From the NCBI GenBank assembly GCA_965228475.1, contig OZ245817.1, positions 2,464,001-2,528,000 on the forward strand: a DNA stretch of 64,000 nt. The letters are read 5' to 3'. The DNA is from Myxococcota bacterium (GTDB lineage: Bacteria > Myxococcota_A > UBA9160 > JAFDDA01). Position numbers and translations under genes: made by a program. A model generated the notes under the pieces. That model was not told where the DNA came from, made no database searches, and saw nothing but the letters and a program-made list of their open reading frames with translations. Positions 9,934 through 19,379 of the stretch are shown here, piece by piece. Each line of letters opens with the position of its first letter. The stretch's first letter is position 1.

Positions 9934-11316
9934 TTAGCCCGCGGCGGACGGTTCGAGCGGCTCGCCGGCTCCGGCGGAGCTCGTCGCAGCCTCCATTGGG
10001 CTCCGGTTCAGGGCCTCCGCCAGCGTCATCTCGCCGCCGGCCTTGGCCGCCCCTTCCTCGATGCGGCCCAGGATGCGCGCCACCGAGGGATGGATCCGCG
10101 CACCGTCCTCGCCATCGAGTTCGCCGCGCAGGGCCCCGAGCACGTCGAGCACGGTGACTCCGTCCGCGGCGCGCCCGAGCTGGTAGCCGCCCTCTTTGTC
10201 CGTTCCGTGCGGGGCGGCGATGCCCGCGGTAATGAGCTCGCTGCACAGGTCCCGGACTGTCCGCACCGGCACGTCGAGTTCGCGTGCCAGCTCGTCCGCG
10301 GTCCACACCTTGCGTCCATCGCGGAAGGCGCGCGCCAGCTCGAGCGCGATCTCGAGCCCCATGGCCTCCCGCGCGGCGGCACCCGGGGGTGCGCCGAGCA
10401 CTTCGCGCCGGTAGTGCTCGAGGTTCTGATGGGCGAACGCCAGCTCCGCACCGATCAGGATGATCGCCCACGAGAAGTAGATCCAGACGAAGAGCAGCGG
10501 CAGCCAGACCGCGCCGCCGATCAGGGCGTTGTAGCGAGCGGCCCCGACGTTCAGTCCGACGTAGGCCGCCTGGGCCAGGGAGAACAGCACGGCGGCCAGC
10601 ACTCCGCCGAGCGCCGCCGAGGTGATCTTCACGTGGGTGTTGGGCAGGAAGCGGAAGAGGAACGTGAAGGCGGCCGCCATCACCAGGACCGGGACGTAGC
10701 CGAGACCGATCTGGTAGAGCGAGGCCATCGTGTCGTACTCGAGGAGCCGCTGCACGACGGTCTGGCTGCGCAGCGCCGCCCCCGCCGAGATGGCGAAGGC
10801 GAGCAGCAGCGGTGCGGTCACCAGGACGGCCAGGTAGTCGGTGAAGCGGCGGACGTAGTCGCGCTGCTCGCGCACGCCCCAGATCTCGTTCAGCGCCTGC
10901 TCGACGTTCCCGATCGCGAGGATGGTCGTCACGAGCAGCGTGATCGCGCCGACCGTCCCGAGCTGGCCGAGCTTCACGTTGCCGACGACTTCGAGGAGCT
11001 TCGTCTGGGCTTCCGGGCTCCCCGCCGCGACGTAGCGCACCACGATGCCGACGAGATCGTCCGACACGCCGATCGCCCCGACGATCGAGAAGGCGAGCGC
11101 CAACAGGGGAATCAGCGAGAGCAACGTGACGTACGTGAGCGCGGAGGCCCGCAAGAGGAGCTGGTCCCGGAGGAAGCCCTCGGCGAGGAGCACGGCGAGC
11201 TGGAGCGGACGGACGGCCCAGGCCGCCCAGGAACTCGGCTGCGGTTCCCAGGCCCAGAGGTCGCGTTCGACGAAGCGCCGCGCGCGTTCGAGGAGCCCGG
11301 GGCTCGTTGCACTCAT
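9934..11316 (-). CDS. YihY/BrkB-family membrane protein with C-terminal Rrf2-like winged helix
   Basis: RASALTYVTLLSLIP, multiple TM segments, WIYFSWAIILIGAEL. C-terminus ELARELDVPVRTVRDLCSELITAGI...GGYQLGRAADGVTVLDV. Confidence 0.85.
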   Translation of the reverse strand: MSATSPGLLERARRFVERDLWAWEPQPSSWAAWAVRPLQLAVLLAEGFLRDQLLLRASALTYVTLLSLIPLLALAFSIVGAIGVSDDLVGIVVRYVAAGSPEAQTKLLEVVGNVKLGQLGTVGAITLLVTTILAIGNVEQALNEIWGVREQRDYVRRFTDYLAVLVTAPLLLAFAISAGAALRSQTVVQRLLEYDTMASLYQIGLGYVPVLVMAAAFTFLFRFLPNTHVKITSAALGGVLAAVLFSLAQAAYVGLNVGAARYNALIGGAVWLPLLFVWIYFSWAIILIGAELAFAHQNLEHYRREVLGAPPGAAAREAMGLEIALELARAFRDGRKVWTADELARELDVPVRTVRDLCSELITAGIAAPHGTDKEGGYQLGRAADGVTVLDVLGALRGELDGEDGARIHPSVARILGRIEEGAAKAGGEMTLAEALNRSPMEAATSSAGAGEPLEPSAAG

Positions 11317-11379
11317 GGCGTCTCCCAGCCCTCCCGGGGCCCCCACGGCCTCCATGCCGGCGGAAGGCCCCCGCGGAGA

Positions 11380-11428
11380 GGTTGCCCAAAACGGCAACCC
11401 GCCGCCCCCCACGAGGGAGAGCGGCGGG
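11380..11428 (-). promoter_or_regulatory. Perfect dyad GGTTGCC-N6-GGCAACC plus adjacent GC hairpin (possible ompA terminator and/or operator)
   Basis: 11380-11386/11393-11399 inverted repeat; CCCGCCGC...GCGGCGGG stem 11398-11428. Confidence 0.4.
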
Positions 11429-11489
11429 CACCTGTCTTTTCGGCGAAGCGCAGGCCCAACGAGAGGCCCGGGCTCCTGGAGCGAGGCCC

Positions 11490-12398
11490 CTATTCGAGGA
11501 CCTTCATCTCCACGCGGCGGTTGCGGTCCCGGCCATCGCGCGTGTCGTTCGGCGCGACCGGCTGGGATTCACCGAAGCCCGCGGTCGACAGCCGCGCGTC
11601 CTCGATGCCCTGCTCCACCATGTACTTCTTCACCGCTTCGGCACGGCTCTCGGAGAGGCTCTGGTTGTACTCCTCCGGGCCGGTCCAGTCCGTGTGGCCT
11701 TCGATCACGACCTGCCGGTCGGGGTTGCGGGCCAGGATCGCGGCAGCCTCGTCCAGGATGACCGCGGCGTCCGAGCGGATCTCTGCGCGGTCGAAGTCGA
11801 AGTTCACGCCACGCAGGACGATCTTCTCCTTCACCGGGTCCGGCGGCGGAGGCGGTGCGATCGGCGGAACCGGCTCGGGCTCCGGCTCCGGAGCCGGCGG
11901 CGGCTCGGGCGGTGCGGGCACCGGCGCGATCTGCGGCGGAAGCTTGCGCATGGGCGGAGCGACCGGAGCCGGCGGAGACGGCATCGGCGGAACGTCGGAG
12001 GCCTCGGGCGCCTTGGGCGCGGCCGGCTCGGGCGCGAGCGGCGGCGGCGGCGGCGGGAGATCCGGGATGCCCCCGACGGGCTCGGGCAGGCGCGGCTGGT
12101 AGGCCGGCGTGCTCGGCGTCGAGGCCGCGGCGCCGGGCGACGGCGGCGGCAGCTCGTCCGGGTCTTCCGCGGCGAAAGCGTTGCAGATGTAGTAGGCGGC
12201 GGTTCCGACGAGGACGCCACCGACGACGGCGCCCGCGGCGCCACCCTCGAAGCCAGCAGCCTCGTTTCCGCCGGCGTAACCGCCGGCACCACCCAGCAAT
12301 CCACCGATGACGCCACAGGTGCGTCCGGCCGGCGCACTCGCACAGGACGAGACGAACAGCGCCAGACAGGCCATGGCCAAAACTCGAGTCAGTCGCAC
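11490..12398 (-). CDS. OmpA-family lipoprotein with glycine zipper and Pro-rich linker
   Basis: RBS AAGGAGG then GTG 12398, lipobox VSSC, GxxxG zipper, poly-Pro linker, VNFDFDR...IEGHTD...NQSLSESRA...NRRVE. Confidence 0.93.
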   Translation of the reverse strand: MRLTRVLAMACLALFVSSCASAPAGRTCGVIGGLLGGAGGYAGGNEAAGFEGGAAGAVVGGVLVGTAAYYICNAFAAEDPDELPPPSPGAAASTPSTPAYQPRLPEPVGGIPDLPPPPPPLAPEPAAPKAPEASDVPPMPSPPAPVAPPMRKLPPQIAPVPAPPEPPPAPEPEPEPVPPIAPPPPPDPVKEKIVLRGVNFDFDRAEIRSDAAVILDEAAAILARNPDRQVVIEGHTDWTGPEEYNQSLSESRAEAVKKYMVEQGIEDARLSTAGFGESQPVAPNDTRDGRDRNRRVEMKVLE

Positions 12399-13063
12399 GA
12401 GGGGAGTCCTCCTTGGAGAGCCCGGGCTTTGCAACCCGGACACAGCGATCCGCAATGCGGATCCAGCGGTGATCTCGACAGCGATTCTCTCACCGTGAGA
12501 CCCTTCTCGTCACCCACGAGACGGCCTCTGCCGAGGGCTGGATCGGCCCGATGGTTGTAGCTGTTTTCGCATGGATTTGAAAGCAATTGGGGGCGTTTTT
12601 GCGATTCTGCACACGCCCTGCGAGCGTCGCTGCACGCACCCTGCGCAACCGTGACCCACCCGCCCAATCGAGCCACCGTGACGGGGCCGATCCCGGCCAC
12701 GCGCTCGAGGTCGTCCACCGCGCACAGCGGCTGGCGCACTCGCTCGGCCACCACCGCGCGTGCGCGGGCCGGCCCGATCCCGGGCAGGGCCTCCAGTGCC
12801 CAGGCGGGCGCGCTCGCCACGTCGAGAAGCCGGCCGAAGAGCAGCGGCGCGGCCCCCCGGAGGGGTATGGCTGACCGTTCTGGGTTGCAGTCCACCCACG
12901 ACGACCCGCGGTCGCGGGCGACCTCGGTCGGTCGCAAACAGGGTTCCGGACCGGGCGCCCGCGACCCGGCGCTCGCCAGGTGCAGGAGCACGAGGAGCAC
13001 GAGCGCGGCCGGCACGGCGGGCGCTTTGCCGCGAGCGACGCGAACCGGGGGAGACGCGAGCAT
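12389..13063 (-). CDS. comEA: ComEA-like helix-hairpin-helix DNA-binding protein
   Basis: N-terminal TM, two HhH motifs LEALPGIGPARA and LERVAGIGPVTV. 3' tail doubtful. Confidence 0.75.
   Translation of the reverse strand: MLASPPVRVARGKAPAVPAALVLLVLLHLASAGSRAPGPEPCLRPTEVARDRGSSWVDCNPERSAIPLRGAAPLLFGRLLDVASAPAWALEALPGIGPARARAVVAERVRQPLCAVDDLERVAGIGPVTVARLGGWVTVAQGACSDARRACAESQKRPQLLSNPCENSYNHRADPALGRGRLVGDEKGLTVRESLSRSPLDPHCGSLCPGCKARALQGGLPSCD
12554..12582 (-). promoter_or_regulatory. Putative sigma70 promoter of ompA-like gene
   Basis: TTTCAA-N17-TACAAC in an AT-richer patch. Confidence 0.45.
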
Positions 13064-13102
13064 CGAGAGGCTCCCGGGACCGGGAGATCCGGGCGGGCGG
13101 GG

Positions 13103-14344
13103 TCAGGCTTCGGGCGAGGGCTCCGGGGCCCCGGCCTCGACGAGCGCCTCGTGCAGCGCGCGGACGGCGAGCTCCGAGTACTTCTCCTCGATCACGACCG
13201 AGACCTTGATCTCCGAGGTCGAGATCATCTGGATGTTGATGCCCTCGGCGCCGAGGATCGCGAACATGCGCTGGGCCACGCCCGCGTGGTCCTTCATGCC
13301 GAGCCCGACGATCGAGACCTTGGCGATGTTCTCGTCGCCCTCGACCGTGGGGGCGCCGAGCTCCGGCGCGAGCTCGCGCATCTTGGCCATGGCATCGGCG
13401 TAGAGCCCGCGCGGCACGGTGAACGTGACGTCCGTGCTGCCGTCGTCCGAGAGGTTCTGGACGATCATGTCGACGACGATGCCCGCGCTCGCGAGCGGCT
13501 CGAAGAGGCGGCCCACCACACCCGGCGTGTCCGCGACGCCCTTCACACGGATCTTCGCTTCGTCGTTGTTGTACGTGACGCCGGAGACGACCAGGCGTTC
13601 CATCACATCCTCCTCGGGGGTGACCCAGGTTCCTTCGCCGTCGTGGAAGGACGAGCGCACGTGGAGCGGCACCCGGAAATCCATGGCGAACTTCACCGAG
13701 CGGATCTGCAGCACCTTCGCGCCGAGGCTCGCGAGTTCGAGCATCTCGTCGTAGGAGACGCGGTCGAGCTTCCGGGCGCCCGGGACGATGCGCGGGTCCG
13801 TCGTGAGCACGCCGTCGACGTCGGTCAGGATCTCGCAGGCGTCGGCCTCGATCGCCGCGGCCACCGCCACGGCGGAGGTGTCCGAGCCGCCCCGGCCGAG
13901 GGTCGTGATGTTGCCCTCCTCGTCGACGCCCTGGAAGCCGGCGATCACCGCGACGGCGCCCGTATCGAGCGTGGCGAGGATGCGCTTGGCATCGATCGAG
14001 CGGATGCGTGCGCGGCTGTGGGACTGGTCGGTCTTCATCCCCATCTGGCCGCCGGTGAAGGAGCGCGCCGCGTGGCCCCGCTGCTGGATGGCCATGGCGA
14101 GCAGCGCGATGGTCTTCTGCTCGCCCGTCGAGACGAGGACGTCGTACTCGCGCGGGTCCGGGTGGTCGCCCGCGATGCCTTCGGCGAGGGCCACGAGGGC
14201 GTTCGTCTCTCCGGACATGGCCGAGACCACCACCGCGACGCGGTTCCCCGCCTCGACGGTGCGGACCACGCGGTCCGCCACGTTCTGGATGCGCTCGAGG
14301 TCCGCGACGCTCGTGCCACCGTATTTCTGGACGATCAGTGCCAT
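13103..14344 (-). CDS. lysC: Aspartate kinase
   Basis: [35 protein letters not shown], two ACT domains (ISTSEIKVS). Confidence 0.97.
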   Translation of the reverse strand: MALIVQKYGGTSVADLERIQNVADRVVRTVEAGNRVAVVVSAMSGETNALVALAEGIAGDHPDPREYDVLVSTGEQKTIALLAMAIQQRGHAARSFTGGQMGMKTDQSHSRARIRSIDAKRILATLDTGAVAVIAGFQGVDEEGNITTLGRGGSDTSAVAVAAAIEADACEILTDVDGVLTTDPRIVPGARKLDRVSYDEMLELASLGAKVLQIRSVKFAMDFRVPLHVRSSFHDGEGTWVTPEEDVMERLVVSGVTYNNDEAKIRVKGVADTPGVVGRLFEPLASAGIVVDMIVQNLSDDGSTDVTFTVPRGLYADAMAKMRELAPELGAPTVEGDENIAKVSIVGLGMKDHAGVAQRMFAILGAEGINIQMISTSEIKVSVVIEEKYSELAVRALHEALVEAGAPEPSPEA

Positions 14345-14352
14345 GGTCTCTT

Positions 14353-14823
14353 CTAGGAGGTCTCTTCCGCTCCGACCGCTCGCAGGACGCGCTCGCTCGC
14401 GGCGCCCGAGGCGCGGGCCGCGATCGCCCGCTCCTGGTCGCCGGTACGCTCGATGCGGACCTCCAGCCGATCCTGGGGTAGCGCGTCGGGGAAGCGATCG
14501 CCCCACTCCGCCACGACCAGCGCCCCGGGCTCGAGCCAGTCGAGGAACCCCGCCGCCAGGAGTTCGGGCTCGGATTCGATCCGGTAGAGGTCGCCGTGGA
14601 CGAGGACGCCCTGCCCTTCGTAACGGTTCGCCAGGACGAAGGTCGGGCTCGAGACCTCCTCCGGCGGGATGCCGAGCGCCTCGGCCGCGCCCTTCACGAA
14701 GACGGTCTTGCCGGCCCCGAGCGGCCCGGTGAGCGAAATGAACAGGCCCGCCTCGGGAATCGACGCCGCGATCCGCCGGCCGAGGCCGGCCGTATCGCTA
14801 GGGCCGAGGGAACGCCACTGCAA
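14353..14823 (-). CDS. tsaE: t6A biosynthesis ATPase TsaE
   Basis: [22 protein letters not shown]. Confidence 0.93.
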   Translation of the reverse strand: MQWRSLGPSDTAGLGRRIAASIPEAGLFISLTGPLGAGKTVFVKGAAEALGIPPEEVSSPTFVLANRYEGQGVLVHGDLYRIESEPELLAAGFLDWLEPGALVVAEWGDRFPDALPQDRLEVRIERTGDQERAIAARASGAASERVLRAVGAEETS

Positions 14824-16405
14824 GGGCGGCCTCCGCCTCGGGCTCTTCGAAGGATTCCCGGGCCGCCTCGCGCAGCGCCTCGAAGCTCGCCGGGAGCTCT
14901 TCGAGCAGGTCGCCCGCGAGATGGCCGGACTCTCCGCTTCGCGCCGCGAGCCGGTCGCCCGCCTCGCCGTGGACGAAGGCCGCCAGCGCCGCCGCCTCGA
15001 AGGCCTCGCAGCCCTGGGCGAGCAGCCCGGCGCAAAGCCCCGTCAGCACGTCGCCCGTCCCGCCGGTTCCGAGGGCCGGGCCTCCCGTCGGGTTGATGGC
15101 GACGCGCCCGTCCGGGCCGGCGACCACGCTCGCCGCGCCCTTGAGCAGGGTGACGGCGCCCGAGAGCTCGGCCAGGCGCAGGGCCGCGCCGACGCGATCC
15201 GCATTGACCGCCGCGGCGTCGGTCTCGAGCCAGCGCGCGGCCTCGCCCGGATGCGGCGTCAGGATCGTCGCGGCCCGGCGGCCCCGCAGCGCGCCCATCG
15301 CCTCCGCATCGGCGGCCAGCACGTTCAAGCCGTCGGCGTCGAGGACGAGCGGCACGCCGACCCCTTCCACGACGCTCCGCACACACTTGCGCGTCTCCTC
15401 CGAAGCCCCGATCCCCGGCCCGAGCGCCACCGCGTCGCGCTCGTTCGCGAGCGCGATCAGCCGGGCCGCCGCCCCCGCCGAGAAGGCCCGATCGGCCGTG
15501 TCGGACACGGGGACGGTCATCGCTTCGGTGCACTTCAGTTCGAGGATGTCGTTCAGACCCGCCGGACAGGCGAGGGTCACGAGCCCGGCTCCGCCGCGGC
15601 CGGCCGCCGCGGCGCACAGCGCGGCCGCCCCCGTCTTTCCCTCGGAACCGGCGACGGCGAGCACGTGCCCGAAGCTCCCCTTGTGGCCCGCGGTGGGCCG
15701 CTCCGGAAGGCGCAGGCCCGCCGCGGCCGGAGACCAGAGCTCGGCTTCGGCCGGACGATCCTCGTCGGGGTCGGCGATCCCGATGCGAGCGACGGTCACC
15801 GCGCCGGCGAGGCTGCGCCCCGGCTCGAGGGCGAGCCCGAGCTTCGGCAGGCCGATCGTGACGGTGAGGTCCGCGTCGACCGCCACGCCGTGGATGCCGC
15901 CGGTGTCCGCATCGACGCCCGAAGGCAGGTCGACCGCGACGACGATCGCTTCGTCGTCGGCCGCATCGAGAGCCCGGATCGCCTCGGCCGGGGCGCCCGT
16001 GATCTCGCGGGAAAGCCCCGTCCCGAAGAGCGCATCGACGATCACGTCGGCCTCGGGGAGTGCGCCGTCGAAGGTCTCGATCGGGACGCCGAACGCGCGG
16101 GCGCGCGCGGCGTTCGCCGCGACGTCACCGGCCAGGCTCTCCGGGTCGCCGACCAGCACGACGCCGACCTCGATGCCCAGCGCCGCGAGCTGGCGCGCGA
16201 CGACGAAGCCATCGCCGCCGTTGTTCCCGGCGCCGCACACGCACAGCACGCTCCCCTCGCGCGGGCGCACCGCCAGCACGGCTTCGCAGACCGCGCGGCC
16301 CGCGCTCTCCATGAGCACCTCGCCGGGAACGCCGAGGTCCCCGATCGTGTGCTGATCGAGGGCGCGCATGGTCCGCGCGCCGACGAGCGGGAAGATCGTG
16401 CTCAC
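14798..16405 (-). CDS. nnr: Bifunctional NAD(P)HX epimerase/dehydratase
   Basis: LMESAG, CGAGNNGGDG, DALFGTG, DLPSG, HKGSFG, TPHPGE, GTGDVL. GTG 16405. Confidence 0.95.
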   Translation of the reverse strand: MSTIFPLVGARTMRALDQHTIGDLGVPGEVLMESAGRAVCEAVLAVRPREGSVLCVCGAGNNGGDGFVVARQLAALGIEVGVVLVGDPESLAGDVAANAARARAFGVPIETFDGALPEADVIVDALFGTGLSREITGAPAEAIRALDAADDEAIVVAVDLPSGVDADTGGIHGVAVDADLTVTIGLPKLGLALEPGRSLAGAVTVARIGIADPDEDRPAEAELWSPAAAGLRLPERPTAGHKGSFGHVLAVAGSEGKTGAAALCAAAAGRGGAGLVTLACPAGLNDILELKCTEAMTVPVSDTADRAFSAGAAARLIALANERDAVALGPGIGASEETRKCVRSVVEGVGVPLVLDADGLNVLAADAEAMGALRGRRAATILTPHPGEAARWLETDAAAVNADRVGAALRLAELSGAVTLLKGAASVVAGPDGRVAINPTGGPALGTGGTGDVLTGLCAGLLAQGCEAFEAAALAAFVHGEAGDRLAARSGESGHLAGDLLEELPASFEALREAARESFEEPEAEAALAVAFPRP

Positions 16406-17763
16406 GCCGCCAGCGACTTCTGGAGGCGTTCGGCGAGATCCGCGGCGACCTCCGCCACGCGCGCCTCGTCCTCGCCCTCCACCATCACGCGGGCCTTCGA
16501 CTCGGTCCCGCTGTAGCGGACGAGCACGCGCCCGCGGTCGCCCATCTCGGCTTCCACGGCGGCGAGGGCCTTCTGGAAGTCCGGCAGCTCCTCGAGCGGC
16601 CGCTTCTCGGCGACGCGCACGTTCACGAGGACCTGGGGGTAGCGGGTCATCTCCGCCGCGAGCTCCGAGAGCTTGCGTCCGGTGCGCAGCATGATCGCCA
16701 TCACCTGGAGGGCCGTGATCATGCCGTCGCCAGTGCGGTTGTGGTCGAGGAAGACGACGTGGCCGGACTGCTCGCCGCCGAGGTTGCAGCCGTTCTCGCG
16801 CATCGACTCGACGACGTAGCGGTCGCCGACGGGGGTCCGCAGCAGGCCGACCCCGATGCCGTCGAGGTAGCGCTCGAGGCCGAGGTTGCTCATCACCGTC
16901 GCCACGAGGTTGCCGCCGGAGAGCGCGCCCCGCTCCTTCAGGTCCGCGCCGCACATCGCGAGCACGGCGTCGCCGTCCACCGCCTCGCCGTGTTCGTCGA
17001 TCAGGATGCAGCGGTCCGCGTCGCCGTCCAGACACACGCCGAGATCGGCGCCGGATTCGCGCACCGCCCTCCCCGCGTTCTCGGGGTGCATCGCCCCGCA
17101 GCCTTCGTTGATGTTGCGCCCGTTCGGCTCGCTGGCCAGCACGACGAGGTCCGCGCCGAGCTCCGAAAGCACCGCCGGCCCGACCTTGTAGGCGGCGCCG
17201 TTCGCGCAATCGAGCACGATCTTCATCCCGTCGAGGGTCCGGTCGGCGGGAAACGTATGCTTGAGGAAGACGACGTAACGCCCCTCGGAGTCTTCGATTC
17301 TGGTGACCTGGCCGATCTCGTCGGCCCCGGCGCGGACGGCGTCGAAGTCCGGCGATTCGATCAGGCGCTCGATCTTCGCCTCGATCTCGTCGGGCAGCTT
17401 GAAGCCGGTGCTCGAGAAGAACTTGATCCCGTTGTCCTGGTACGGGTTGTGGCTCGCCGAAATCATCACGCCGGCGTCGCAGCGCATGTCCGCCGTGAGG
17501 AACGCCATGGCGGGAGTCGGCATCGGGCCGACCACCAGCACGTCGACGCCCATGGAGCAGATGCCCGCGGTGAGCGCGTCTTCGAAGACGTAACCCGAGA
17601 GCCGCGTGTCCTTCCCGATGATGATCTGATGGCGGCCGCCGTCCCCGCGGAAGATGTGGGCCGCCGCTCGGCCCAACGAAAGGGCGATCTCCGCGGTCAT
17701 CGGATAGACGTTCGCCGTCCCCCGCACGCCGTCGGTTCCAAAAATCCTCGATCGCTGCGCCAT
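16402..17763 (-). CDS. glmM: Phosphoglucosamine mutase
   Basis: FGTDGVRG, ISASHNP, DGDADR, GGEQSGH, RYSGTE. Confidence 0.97.
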   Translation of the reverse strand: MAQRSRIFGTDGVRGTANVYPMTAEIALSLGRAAAHIFRGDGGRHQIIIGKDTRLSGYVFEDALTAGICSMGVDVLVVGPMPTPAMAFLTADMRCDAGVMISASHNPYQDNGIKFFSSTGFKLPDEIEAKIERLIESPDFDAVRAGADEIGQVTRIEDSEGRYVVFLKHTFPADRTLDGMKIVLDCANGAAYKVGPAVLSELGADLVVLASEPNGRNINEGCGAMHPENAGRAVRESGADLGVCLDGDADRCILIDEHGEAVDGDAVLAMCGADLKERGALSGGNLVATVMSNLGLERYLDGIGVGLLRTPVGDRYVVESMRENGCNLGGEQSGHVVFLDHNRTGDGMITALQVMAIMLRTGRKLSELAAEMTRYPQVLVNVRVAEKRPLEELPDFQKALAAVEAEMGDRGRVLVRYSGTESKARVMVEGEDEARVAEVAADLAERLQKSLAA

Positions 17764-17823
17764 CGAATCTCGACTCCCACTCCGCGCGCCCGGGCGGCGC
17801 GGCTCGTACTCTGACCGGACCGA

Positions 17824-18483
17824 CTAGCGATTCTTCGCCGCGGTCGCCCGCTGAACCCGGATCGTCGCCTTCAGCACGCGGTCCTCGGCCAGCCACACGT
17901 TCGGGCGGTTGAGCGAGATCCGGACCTCCCGCTCCTCGGTCTCGTCGAGGCCCGTCACGTCGATGTTCTCCGTCACGATCTCGCCGCGGCGCCGCACCTC
18001 GCTCCGAGCGCCCGTGATCCGGACCTCGGAGGGCTGCAGATCCACGCCGACCACGGCGAACCCCTCCGCCGGAGTCCCGCTGATGTCCGGCTTCACGCGG
18101 ACCACGCGGCTGCTCCTCCGCTCGAAGTTCACGATCAGGTTCGAAGGCGAGCGGGAGACCGGATTCACGCCGCGCGGGAACTCGATCTGCCCGAGGTCGA
18201 CCTCGAAGTTCGCCCGGCCCGAGCGCGCGCCCGAGGCATCGACCGGGTACTCGAAACCTTCGACGGCCATGCGGCGCAGGCCGGCCCGGCTGCCGCGCAT
18301 GCGCACGTTCACCACGTCCGAGTTCTGGTCGACGATCACGAGATCGTCCGGGAGGTTCGTGAAGAGGACGGGAATGTCGTAGCCGCGCTCGATGTCCGCC
18401 GTGCCGTGCGCCACGCTCCAGAGCACGAGGGAGCTCAGGATGGCGAGGATCTTGTACCGCAGGTTCCGCGTCAGGAAGCCCAT
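17824..18483 (-). CDS. cdaR: CdaR/YbbR-domain protein
   Basis: N-terminal TM (YKILAILSSLVLW), two YbbR-like beta repeats, lies between cdaA and glmM. Confidence 0.85.
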   Translation of the reverse strand: MGFLTRNLRYKILAILSSLVLWSVAHGTADIERGYDIPVLFTNLPDDLVIVDQNSDVVNVRMRGSRAGLRRMAVEGFEYPVDASGARSGRANFEVDLGQIEFPRGVNPVSRSPSNLIVNFERRSSRVVRVKPDISGTPAEGFAVVGVDLQPSEVRITGARSEVRRRGEIVTENIDVTGLDETEEREVRISLNRPNVWLAEDRVLKATIRVQRATAAKNR

Positions 18484-18485
18484 GC

Positions 18486-19379
18486 CTAGCCTCCGCTCGG
18501 GGTCGGGGCATCGGCGGCACCCGTGTTCGAGTCTTTCTTCTGCGCGGGGGGCGCGGCGTCTTCGGCTTCCTCCTCCGCCTCAGCCGGGATCGGGGCCGCG
18601 GCCATCTGGTCGCGCAGCATGTCGCGAAGCTGCGGCGGGTCGAGCGCCGCGAAGAGCTCCCCCCGGCTCGAGAGCGCGATCTGCCCCGTCTCCTCCGAGA
18701 CGACGACGACCAGCGCATCGCTCTCCTCGGTCAGGCCGACGGCCGCCCGGTGACGCGTCCCCACCCCTTCCGGAAGGCCCGCGCGCTGGGTCAGGGGCAG
18801 CACGCAGCGCGCCTGGCTGATGCGGCCATCCTGGATCACGGCGGCGCCGTCATGGAGCGGCGAGGTCGGTTGGAAGATCGCGGCGAGCATCTCGCGGTTC
18901 ACGACCGCGTCGATGGGGACACCGCCCTCGACCTGGTCGTCGAGCCGGTTGTCCCGCGCGAGCACCATGAGCCCGCCGACCGCGTTCTGCGAGAGCCGCT
19001 GGGCGGCGCGCACCACCTCCTCGAGGATCTCGGACTGGTTCAGCTGGGTCCCGCTCGTGAACAGCGGGCGGCCCATGCGCGTGAGCGCGCGCCGGATGTC
19101 GTGCTGGAAGATCACGACGAGGATCACGACGGCCCAGCCGAAGAAGTTCTCGAGGATCATGGCGACCGTCTCGAGGTTCGCCCAGTCGGCGACCAGCCGG
19201 ACGCCGGTCAGGAGCAGCAAGCCCGTCACCATCTGCACGGCCCGCGTGCCGCGGATCAGCATCAGCACCCAGTAGATCGCCAGGGCCACGGCCGTGACGT
19301 CGACGACGTCGATCAGGGTGACCGTCGTCGTCAGGTACTCCCAGACCGATTCGAGCTGCTCCCAGAGGAAGGTGATCAC
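18486..19379 (-). CDS. cdaA: Diadenylate cyclase CdaA/DacA
   Basis: 3 N-terminal TM, IRGTRA, PLHDGA, GTRHRAA, VVVSEETG. GTG 19379. Confidence 0.95.
   Translation of the reverse strand: MITFLWEQLESVWEYLTTTVTLIDVVDVTAVALAIYWVLMLIRGTRAVQMVTGLLLLTGVRLVADWANLETVAMILENFFGWAVVILVVIFQHDIRRALTRMGRPLFTSGTQLNQSEILEEVVRAAQRLSQNAVGGLMVLARDNRLDDQVEGGVPIDAVVNREMLAAIFQPTSPLHDGAAVIQDGRISQARCVLPLTQRAGLPEGVGTRHRAAVGLTEESDALVVVVSEETGQIALSSRGELFAALDPPQLRDMLRDQMAAAPIPAEAEEEAEDAAPPAQKKDSNTGAADAPTPSGG

Noticed and set aside
7724..11431. Apparent giant N-terminal extensions of MnmA (also Nnr 14798-18718, Rnc, TilS, CdaA, EEP)
   Set aside because: Extensions are off-frame read-through of upstream genes; true starts overlap upstream stops or follow an RBS
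8869..12102. 1077-aa plus-strand ORF (likewise 19451-22351, 46545-49466, 60676-63078 and many Arg/Pro-rich ORFs)
   Set aside because: Shadows of well-supported opposite-strand genes, with low-complexity R/A/G/P composition
11835..12160. GGC/CCG-rich repeats as a DNA repeat element
   Set aside because: Explained by the proline-rich linker of the OmpA protein
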